A DNA stretch of 57,290 nt from Candidatus Dormiibacterota bacterium (lineage in GTDB: Bacteria > Chloroflexota > Dormibacteria > Dormibacterales > Dormibacteraceae). The notes under the pieces are model-generated. The model did not search any database and was not told the DNA's origin. It saw only the letters and a list, made by a program, of their open reading frames with translations. The stretch lies in assembly GCA_955652835.1 (NCBI GenBank), contig CATPBO010000139.1, forward strand, positions 1 through 57,290, written 5' to 3'. Below are positions 31,198 to 37,092 of this stretch, one piece after another. The position numbers were made by a program, and so were the translations under genes. Within the stretch, counting starts at the first letter, position 1. The number at the start of each line of letters is the position of its first letter.

Positions 31198-31503
31198 ATG
31201 TACGCCACAGGTTACGGGATCCGCCCGCTCCGCTCCGCCCGCCAGATCCGGCCTCTGGGCCGCCTGGTGGCTGTGATGGTGCTGGCGCTCTCCGTCAGCC
31301 TTGGGCTGGCTGTGGTGGCGCATGGCGGCACTGCGGCGGTGGAGACGACCGTCGTGGTTCAGCCAGGCGACACGATCTGGTCGATTGCCGCACAGCGCTA
31401 CCCGTCGGACGACACTCGGGCTCGAGTTGAAGACATCGAGCGGGCCAACGGCCTGAGCAGCCCGATGATCGAGGCGGGGGAGACTCTGCGCCTGCCGTCT
31501 TGA
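31198..31503 (+). CDS. YneA/ChiZ-like SOS-induced LysM protein (TM helix plus LysM)
   Basis: TM helix 'LVAVMVLALSVSLGLAVVA' followed by LysM 'VVQPGDTIWSIAAQRY...IERANGLSSPMIEAGETLRLP'. The gene is divergent from lexA. ATG 31180 lies inside the predicted -10, so ATG 31198 is preferred (the ORF track begins at 31087). Confidence 0.75.
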   Translation: MYATGYGIRPLRSARQIRPLGRLVAVMVLALSVSLGLAVVAHGGTAAVETTVVVQPGDTIWSIAAQRYPSDDTRARVEDIERANGLSSPMIEAGETLRLPS

Positions 31504-31521
31504 CCGGGTAGCCTCGGCAGT

Positions 31522-31749
31522 GTGGCCGTGGTCCTGATCACCCGCCAGGGCTGTCATCTATGCGACGAGGCGCTGACGGCGCTGCGCTCGCTTGGCGTCG
31601 AGCCTGAGCTGCAGGACGTCGACGCCGACGATCGCCTGCACGATCTGTACGACTTCCGGGTTCCGGTGGTGCTGCTGGACGGGCGGATCGTCGGGGAGGG
31701 CCGAGTCGGCCGTGACGAGCTCCGACGCGCCTTAGACCTCGGCTTCTGA
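31522..31749 (+). CDS. Glutaredoxin-like protein (DUF836 type)
   Basis: 75 aa, with the 'CHLCDEA' redox motif and 'VPVVLLDG'. Confidence 0.7.
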   Translation: MAVVLITRQGCHLCDEALTALRSLGVEPELQDVDADDRLHDLYDFRVPVVLLDGRIVGEGRVGRDELRRALDLGF

Positions 31750-32277
31750 GACGGTGATCACGCATTCAGGGTCTCCCCGATGCATGCAGCGCTCCTCTGA
31801 GATCGTGACCCCGACCCCGTAGTGTGTGGCGGCACCCCTGATGATGCCCTTGGCGAGCGCGCACATCGCACGCTTGGACCTGTACGTGATCGCGACTGAG
31901 TCTGAGCCCGCCCGCTCGGCCTGCAGGGCAGGCGGCTGGGCATTCAGCGAGTTGAGCCTGACCCCGCGATGCACGACGTCTTCTGTATGGAGTAGGAAAT
32001 CCATGAAGCTCCACCGTGGGTTGATCAGGAACCCGTACACCTCGAGCAAGCCCGGCACGAGGGCTTCGCCAAATTCCTCGACGATCACCTGTGGCTGGCG
32101 GCCGGTTTCTGCGACCACGACCCCCACGATCGTCGAGAGCTCGTTGTCCGGGTAGGTGGCGCCCAACTCGTAGCCGCGGTCATCGCGCCCAGTCACGCTG
32201 CGAATGCGAGTCAGGGCGGTCGGGCCCAGCTCCTTTGCTATGTACTTTTCCAGCTCGTCGAAGATGACGCCTTGCAT
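31732..32277 (-). CDS. Stand-alone H-NOX (heme NO/O2-binding) domain protein, copy 2
   Basis: ATG 32277 sits within the longer ORF 31732..32679. 'MQGVIFDELEKYI', 'RWSFMDFLLHTEDVVHRGV' (candidate proximal His), 'ITYRSKRAMC' (YxSxR), and C-terminal 'CMHRGDPEC'. Confidence 0.6.
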   Translation of the reverse strand: MQGVIFDELEKYIAKELGPTALTRIRSVTGRDDRGYELGATYPDNELSTIVGVVVAETGRQPQVIVEEFGEALVPGLLEVYGFLINPRWSFMDFLLHTEDVVHRGVRLNSLNAQPPALQAERAGSDSVAITYRSKRAMCALAKGIIRGAATHYGVGVTISEERCMHRGDPECVITVSEAEV

Positions 32278-32290
32278 CGTGCGCTTCCGG

Positions 32291-32839
32291 CTAGTCGAGA
32301 CCGGCTTCGACCACGAGGACGCAGGCAGGATCGCCTCGAAGCACGCACGCCTCCTCCGTGATGGTGAACTCAACGGCATAGTGCTCGGCCGCACCGAGGA
32401 TGACTCCGCGGACCTCGGAGCATGCGCGGAGTGGAGATTCGTACACGATCCTGACCGTCTGCGGCCCGACGCGCGTCGCGTGAACCTTTGTCGGCTGCGC
32501 GCCCGGCGCGTGCAGGCGGAGGGCTGAGTGCAGCACCGGCTCCATTCCAAGCAGGAAGTCGATAAAGCTCCAGCGCGGATTGACGAGGATGTTGTAGAGC
32601 TTGAACATGTCCGGGACCATCGCCTTGCCGAAACCTTCGAGCACGTCGGCCACCGGCTTGCCGGTGACCTCGGAGGCACGCAGAGCGAGCACCCCGAGCT
32701 CCGCGTCCGGATAGGCTAGGTCGAGGGCGTACTGGTGGGTCGCCGGCCGCCCCGACCCTGTCAGCACCTGAACCCAGGCCGGCTGACCGTACGCGTCGAC
32801 GACGTACATCCGCAGCTCATCCAGAATCACACCCTGCAT
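32291..32839 (-). CDS. Stand-alone H-NOX domain protein, copy 1
   Basis: Paralogous to copy 2 along its whole length. 'MQGVILDELRMYV', 'RWSFIDFLLGMEPVLHSAL', 'IVYESPLRAC' (a variant of YxSxR), 'CVLRGDPAC'. Confidence 0.6.
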   Translation of the reverse strand: MQGVILDELRMYVVDAYGQPAWVQVLTGSGRPATHQYALDLAYPDAELGVLALRASEVTGKPVADVLEGFGKAMVPDMFKLYNILVNPRWSFIDFLLGMEPVLHSALRLHAPGAQPTKVHATRVGPQTVRIVYESPLRACSEVRGVILGAAEHYAVEFTITEEACVLRGDPACVLVVEAGLD

Positions 32840-33022
32840 CTGAGCTGATCGTAGGTACCGACCGGACCGTTGTCGCCCTAAGAACTCCCGGTTCTTTGCC
32901 CCGGGGCCCAGGGTCAGTTGAGCTAGCCCTCCTAGTTGGGGAAGGGCTACTTAAGGTTGTACCAGCCTCACTTAATGGTGACGATAATTGACCTTATTCA
33001 GTCCATAAGCGCCCCTCGTCGC

Positions 33023-33083
33023 GCTCGTTTGGCGCCAAAAGCGCCTATTCATGAGTGCGATTCGGCTCGTTTGGCGCTAAAAG
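33023..33083. repeat. Two 19-nt direct repeats, each centred on a TTTGGCGC(C/T)AAA palindrome
   Basis: GCTCGTTTGGCGCCAAAAG (33023-33041) and GCTCGTTTGGCGCTAAAAG (33065-33083), with a 42-nt period. They lie immediately 3' of the stop of the minus-strand orphan gene. Confidence 0.55.
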
Positions 33084-33089
33084 AGCGGA

Positions 33090-33455
33090 TTAGGCGGAGC
33101 GCTGCAGGGCCGGCTCGCTGTCCAGGCCGCGCATGAAGATCTCCAGCGGCAGCGCCGCTCCCTCGAAGTCCTGGCGCAGCAGCTCCAGGTCGGCGCCTGC
33201 CTGCTGGACGCCTGCGATCGCCAGCTCGATCGTGCGTAAAGCGTCGCGCACGTAGCGCTCCAGCGAGCCGGGAAGCGGACTGGACGCGTTTTCGCGCCTC
33301 CAGGCCTCGCGCACCTGGGCGGCAAGCTCCAGTAGCCTGGCAACCGTCGACCCGGCCATCTGGCGCTCCTGAGGGTCCGACACAAGGCGATTCAGCGCCT
33401 CGTCGAAGAGGCGGATCAGCCGCCGAAGCCGGACCTGGGTGCTCAAAGTACGCAT
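33090..33455 (-). CDS. LexA-box-controlled orphan protein; 121 aa, predicted all-helical, no recognisable domain
   Basis: ORF 33090..33467. The GTG at 33467 abuts the predicted -10, so ATG 33455 is preferred. Strong GC3 bias. I recognise no motif. Confidence 0.6.
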   Translation of the reverse strand: MRTLSTQVRLRRLIRLFDEALNRLVSDPQERQMAGSTVARLLELAAQVREAWRRENASSPLPGSLERYVRDALRTIELAIAGVQQAGADLELLRQDFEGAALPLEIFMRGLDSEPALQRSA

Positions 33456-33467
33456 GTTCGCAATCAC

Positions 33468-33496
33468 AGCATAGCGAACAGGTGTTCGGATTGCAA
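33468..33496 (-). promoter_or_regulatory. SOS-type promoter of the orphan gene, with a LexA box in the spacer
   Basis: On the minus strand: TTGCAA (33496-33491), a 17-nt spacer, TATGCT (33473-33468). The spacer carries the perfect box CGAACACCTGTTCG (33488-33475). The ATG lies 12 nt after the -10, so the mRNA would be near-leaderless. Confidence 0.7.
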
Positions 33497-33510
33497 CTGT
33501 TCAGGCGTCC

Positions 33511-33528
33511 TTGGCGTGTTAACGCCAA
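33511..33528. other. Perfect hairpin/palindrome TTGGCGT-GTTA-ACGCCAA in the mntP / orphan-gene intergenic region
   Basis: 7-bp arms. It shares TTGGCG/CGCCAA half-sites with the palindromes at 33028-33039 and 33070-33081. Confidence 0.4.
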
Positions 33529-33589
33529 ACGGCCCCTGAGCACTCGCGGGTGATCTTCCCCACCTCGAGTTGCAACAATCCGCACCGGA

Positions 33590-34159
33590 TTGAGACAGCT
33601 CCTCATCACCGCCGGGCTCTTGCTGCCGCTCGCCCTGGACACCTTCGCGCTGGCGGCGGCGCTGGGAATGGCGGGCCTCGAAGCCCGCGATCGACTTCGG
33701 GTGACGCTGGTTTTCACCGCCTTCGAAGCCGGCATGCCGATCGTCGGGCTGCTGATCGGCCGCGCCGCCGGCAGCTTCCTGGGCGTCTGGGCGGGATATG
33801 GCGGAATCGCATTCATTTTCCTGGCAGGCGTGCTTCTCCTGCGACCGGGCCAGGACGAAAAGGACGAGACGCGGAGGCTGAAGCTGCTGGCGCACGCCCG
33901 CGGCCTGGCCATCCTCGACCTAGGGCTCAGCATCAGCGTCGACGAGCTGACGATCGGACTCAGCGCCGGGCTGCTCGGCCTTTCAATCCTGCTGACGGTG
34001 GTCTGGATCGGTGTCCAGGCATTCGTGGCGGCTCAGATCGGACTCAGGCTGGGCAACCGCGTGGCCAAAGAGTTTCGCGAGCGGGCGGAGTGGGTGGCTG
34101 GGGTGGCCCTGATCTTTGTCGCGGTCGCTCTACTGGCACTCAGGCTCGCGAAGCTCTGA
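33590..34159 (+). CDS. mntP: Manganese efflux pump MntP (two DUF204 repeats)
   Basis: 189 aa with 6 TM helices. Repeated motifs 'LALDTFALAAALG' and 'ISVDELTIGLSAG'. Confidence 0.8.
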   Translation: MRQLLITAGLLLPLALDTFALAAALGMAGLEARDRLRVTLVFTAFEAGMPIVGLLIGRAAGSFLGVWAGYGGIAFIFLAGVLLLRPGQDEKDETRRLKLLAHARGLAILDLGLSISVDELTIGLSAGLLGLSILLTVVWIGVQAFVAAQIGLRLGNRVAKEFRERAEWVAGVALIFVAVALLALRLAKL

Positions 34160-35392
34160 CGAGCTGCACCTCTCGAGCACGGCCTCGTAATCGGCCGGAC
34201 CGCGGCGATAGGCGTGGTACGCGCTGACCAACGGGACATAACCCACGCTCACAAGCCGGTCGTACGAAACCTCTTTGAAGTTGCGCCGGCTGTGGACCCC
34301 CGCCACGGCAAAACGCAGCTGCTCCTGGATCAATCCATCCATCCGGCGCAGCGTCGCGTCACTGCTGAGCAGCGGGAAGAACCAGCTCGCCCACGTGAAA
34401 TCGGAGGGCCGGCCGCCGACGCCGAAGAGGCGCCGATTGAGCCTGCGTACGGCGTGCAGCGCGGGATCCTGCCGACGCCGCGCGCGCCTGGCGATGCGCC
34501 GAACACGGCGGCGCAGCTTGCCGACCGTGTTGGTGGCCAGGTCGAGGGCTCCCCGTTCGTATCTCAAGCCGAGGAACTCCCACGGCACGCCCGGAGGGCT
34601 GAGCCTGGTCTTTCGCGCGTTGAGGGCGAGGCCCAGATCCGCCAGGCGCCGCTCGATGTCAGCGCCGTAGCGCGTGATCTCCTGTTCGGTCCCAAAAACA
34701 ACCATGTCGTCCGCGTAGCGCACGAATGGAATCCGCGCCTCCTCGAACGCTGCATCGAGTGGGCGAAGGTAAAGATTGGAAAGGAGCGGCGCGATCGGCG
34801 TGCCGGCCATCACACCTTTATGAGAGTCGCTGATCTGTTCGTCTCCGCTGAGGACGTGTTGATCGCGCAGCGTCTTTGCCAGCAGTTGATGGAGCGGCTC
34901 ATCGTCAGTGATCGTCTGCGGGAGTGACGCGAGCAGCGGCTCCACTGGAATGCTGTTGAAGTAGTCGCGGACATCGAGGTGCAGGCAGTGCAGCTTCTGC
35001 AGTCCACGAATCCCGCGAATTTCCCGGTACGCCGTGCGCGGTCCCCGGCCCGGCTGAAACGAATGGCAGACACGCGAGTGGTCCCGTGCGGTGGTGGATT
35101 GCAAGACCCTGTTGAGACCTTTGAGCAGGAGCTCGTCAGCCAGGGCGAACGTGAAGACGACCTTCTTGCGGCCGTCCGACTTGTTCAGCAGCCGGCGGGT
35201 GGGGGGCCCAAGTGAAAGCACGCCGGCCCCATATTCGTCGACCATCCTCCCCACCTCGCCACCGGCAAGGAGCTCGCGATAAGCAGCGAGCTTGCGGCGA
35301 CCCCAGCGACCGTAGCCGTCGCTTTGAGCCAGCAGGTCATCCCAAAACTCCGCCGAGCTGAGCCGATCGACGGTCGGCGATTCAGTGAGCAA
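34130..35392 (-). CDS. Stand-alone reverse transcriptase (YADD); class not assignable by eye
   Basis: RT motifs in order: 'VVFTFALADELLLKGLNRVL' (1), 'CHSFQPGRGPRTA' (2), 'LHLDVRDYFNSIP' (3), 'GVMAGTPIAPLLSNLYLRPLD' (4), 'FVRYADDMVVFG' (5), 'LALNARKTRL' (6), 'WEFLGLRY' (7). These are followed by a ~130-aa Arg-rich C-terminal region. TTG start with no SD. Confidence 0.85.
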   Translation of the reverse strand: MLTESPTVDRLSSAEFWDDLLAQSDGYGRWGRRKLAAYRELLAGGEVGRMVDEYGAGVLSLGPPTRRLLNKSDGRKKVVFTFALADELLLKGLNRVLQSTTARDHSRVCHSFQPGRGPRTAYREIRGIRGLQKLHCLHLDVRDYFNSIPVEPLLASLPQTITDDEPLHQLLAKTLRDQHVLSGDEQISDSHKGVMAGTPIAPLLSNLYLRPLDAAFEEARIPFVRYADDMVVFGTEQEITRYGADIERRLADLGLALNARKTRLSPPGVPWEFLGLRYERGALDLATNTVGKLRRRVRRIARRARRRQDPALHAVRRLNRRLFGVGGRPSDFTWASWFFPLLSSDATLRRMDGLIQEQLRFAVAGVHSRRNFKEVSYDRLVSVGYVPLVSAYHAYRRGPADYEAVLERCSSSELREPECQ

Positions 35393-35524
35393 GGGAGAGG
35401 TCTTTTTGAAAGACGGTGTAGCCGTCTACACGAACGTACATCGGGCGCCCGCCCTCACAGGTTGTCAAGGCCCGCGGCTGGTCCGCATCGAGGACACCCC
35501 CGAAGGGGTATCTCCCTTGCTCGC
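35385..35524 (-). ncRNA. Candidate structured RNA upstream of and overlapping the RT start codon
   Basis: On the minus strand, GAGCAAGGGAGA (35522-35511) pairs perfectly with TCTCCCTTGCTC (35398-35387) and encloses 112 nt. Inside are a CCCC-UUCG-GGGG hairpin (35509-35496), AGACGG-CUACA-CCGUCU (35427-35411) and GCGG-ACCAG-CCGC (35486-35474). A GATAAT -10-like hexamer (35535-35530) would place the TSS at the base of the stem. Confidence 0.45.
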
Positions 35525-35553
35525 GGATTATTATCCGGGTCAGGAGCACAAGC

Positions 35554-36015
35554 ATGGCATCACAGCAACCGCGACGGAAGAAGGCCGACCTCCTCAATGA
35601 AGGGCTCGCCAGCAGCAGCGGAACGATGGCCGAGCTGAAGAGCCTCGCGTCCTCTCTGAACCTGATGGAGGATCGCTACATGGCGAGGCCGGCCGCCGAG
35701 CTGTTGGTCGAACGCGGAGATCCAGACGCGCCCCAGATCGCACAGGGCCTTGCCGCGACACCAGTGCTTGGACGAGATCCCAACGGCGACCTGTTGCGTG
35801 CCGCCTTCAAGAAGGCTCTCGCCCACGAAGGGATACCAAGCGACATCGACCAGATGGCACGACGGTTTTACGGAGGGCGCGGGCATGGCGGCGCAAGTAA
35901 GCCGCAACCCAGCGCCGCCTCAAAAGTTGATTCGTTCGGTTGGGAGAACCCTGCAGGCGCCTCGACGTCTGGCGGGCTCATGGGCATGATTCGCCGCCTG
36001 TTTGGCGGTGACTAG
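35554..36015 (+). CDS. Hypothetical 153-aa protein, divergent from the RT
   Basis: AGGAG lies 8 nt upstream of the ATG. The protein has a basic N-terminus, a central helical region, a Gly/Ser-rich segment and a C-terminal amphipathic motif 'GLMGMIRRLFGG'. I recognise no domain. Confidence 0.55.
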   Translation: MASQQPRRKKADLLNEGLASSSGTMAELKSLASSLNLMEDRYMARPAAELLVERGDPDAPQIAQGLAATPVLGRDPNGDLLRAAFKKALAHEGIPSDIDQMARRFYGGRGHGGASKPQPSAASKVDSFGWENPAGASTSGGLMGMIRRLFGGD

Positions 36016-36021
36016 GCGGTC

Positions 36022-36822
36022 TTAGCCGATCAGCTCGATCGACAGCTCGTTCCAGGGGTCAAGGTCAGAAGCAAACCGCCCGTATCGGTTGGGCACGAGC
36101 CATACGTGCAGCATCCACGGCGTGAAGTACGTCGCGGAGCCGGCCGGGCAGCCTGGGGCCGCGCCAACCACCTCGCCTCCCGGTGTGAAGCAGAGGTCGT
36201 CGTGACGGTGCCACGGCATCAGCTCGCCGGCCACATCGGGGGGCGCCGCGTTCGGATCCTCCAGCGAGTACATCGCCGCCACCAGCACCGGTCCGTGCAC
36301 TGTGTTCTCATACACGAGCGACTCGACGTGTTGAGGGTCCAGAACCCGGCCGTCCTGCATGTAGGCCGGCTTGACGTAGTGGACGAGCAGCTGGCCGATC
36401 GGGTTGTACGCGATGTAGCCGTCAGCCCTGGCAGCTGCGAGCGACCTGTAGCGCTCCGTCGCCGATTCCGTCTGCTGCCACAGCTGGTTGGCCGCCGCCC
36501 GCTGCTCCGGCGTGCCGGTTGGGAGCCGTGGGACTGTCAGCATCGCGTCCGCGATCCAGCCCACCGAGGCCAGGATCGGCAGCAGCGCCGCCAGGCCCAG
36601 CCACCTGTTCACGCTGCGCCCGATCACCCACGCCGCCGAGCAAGCAGCGACCAGGACCCCGGCCGCGATCAGGTCGTGGGCGGGGATCAGGACGTCCAGC
36701 GGAGACTCGTGCGCGGCGAGCGCCGGATTGGCGCTGTGTATCGAAATGTCCCAGGCCAGGCCGAGGAGAGCCGCGGCGGCGCCGCCGAAGCAAATCAGCA
36801 ACACGGGATTGGCGCGGCTCAT
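36022..36822 (-). CDS. Hypothetical membrane protein (3 TM helices plus a ~170-aa extracytoplasmic domain)
   Basis: ATG 36822 ('MSRANPVLLICFGGAAAALLGLAW') sits within ORF 36022..37044. I recognise no motif. Confidence 0.55.
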   Translation of the reverse strand: MSRANPVLLICFGGAAAALLGLAWDISIHSANPALAAHESPLDVLIPAHDLIAAGVLVAACSAAWVIGRSVNRWLGLAALLPILASVGWIADAMLTVPRLPTGTPEQRAAANQLWQQTESATERYRSLAAARADGYIAYNPIGQLLVHYVKPAYMQDGRVLDPQHVESLVYENTVHGPVLVAAMYSLEDPNAAPPDVAGELMPWHRHDDLCFTPGGEVVGAAPGCPAGSATYFTPWMLHVWLVPNRYGRFASDLDPWNELSIELIG

Positions 36823-36885
36823 TTCGGGAGGATAGTGCCCGCTGATACTTACGTTGGCCGGCTGCGTTAGGTAACCAGGAATCGA

Positions 36886-37092
36886 ATGCCGAACTGGTTG
36901 ACGCACAAACGGATCGTTTTGCTCGGCGTCGTCGCTGTGGTTGTTCTCCTCTGGGCGATCGCCTTCGTGGCACCGCCCGCACGCGAGGTGCATACCTCCG
37001 GCGCAACAGCGTTGAATTTGTCGCTGGTCTACAGCGACGTCCACCTACCCCCGATGTTGGTCCAGCCCAGCCAGTCAATTTCTGATTCCTGA
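36886..37092 (+). CDS. Hypothetical small membrane-anchored protein
   Basis: 68 aa with the TM helix 'IVLLGVVAVVVLLWAIAFV'. Its stop overlaps the next start (TGATG). Confidence 0.4.
   Translation: MPNWLTHKRIVLLGVVAVVVLLWAIAFVAPPAREVHTSGATALNLSLVYSDVHLPPMLVQPSQSISDS

Noticed and set aside
32881-32895. AGAACTCCCGGTTCT upstream of the H-NOX pair, which looks like a LexA box.
   Set aside because: The spacing is GAAC-N5-GTTC, not the N4 found in the three perfect boxes of this window. It is also not embedded in a recognisable -35/-10 pair. It is more likely a simple 5-bp hairpin.
32936-33136. A 66-aa plus-strand ORF in the H-NOX / orphan-gene spacer.
   Set aside because: It has no RBS and atypical composition. 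It runs through the palindromic repeats and into the 3' end of the minus-strand orphan gene, so it is probably non-coding.
33497-33589. A yybP-ykoY manganese riboswitch expected upstream of mntP.
   Set aside because: The conserved 'GGGGAGUAG' and 'GACAUA'-type junction sequences are not present on the plus strand. Only generic hairpins are seen (33511-33528, and a long-range GGATTG..CAATCC pairing).
34130-35392. A group II intron, DGR or CRISPR-associated RT.
   Set aside because: There is no recognisable intron domain V/VI or exon-binding context, and no maturase/HNH tail. No template/variable repeat pair or DGR 'SQ' motif is present. No cas genes or CRISPR array occur anywhere in the window.
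34130-35524. Calling the RT locus a retron, because a1/a2-like inverted repeats flank a structured RNA directly 5' of the RT.
   Set aside because: The RT lacks the retron-specific NAxxH and VTG motifs; motif 7 reads 'FLGLRY', as in group-II-like/UG RTs. I see no obvious branching-G context after the 5' arm, the enclosed 112 nt is short for msr plus msd, and no typical retron effector is adjacent. It is kept as unclassified.
35324-35638. Three overlapping ORFs of 71 to 104 aa on both strands (35324..35638+, 35385..35600+, 35382..35597-) covering the region upstream of the RT.
   Set aside because: Three of the six frames are open here simply because of base composition. None has an RBS or a recognisable motif, and the segment is better explained by its dense RNA secondary structure. 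I did consider whether a stop-free frame could matter for a DRT2-like concatemer ORF, but I cannot define a repeat unit, so no claim is made.
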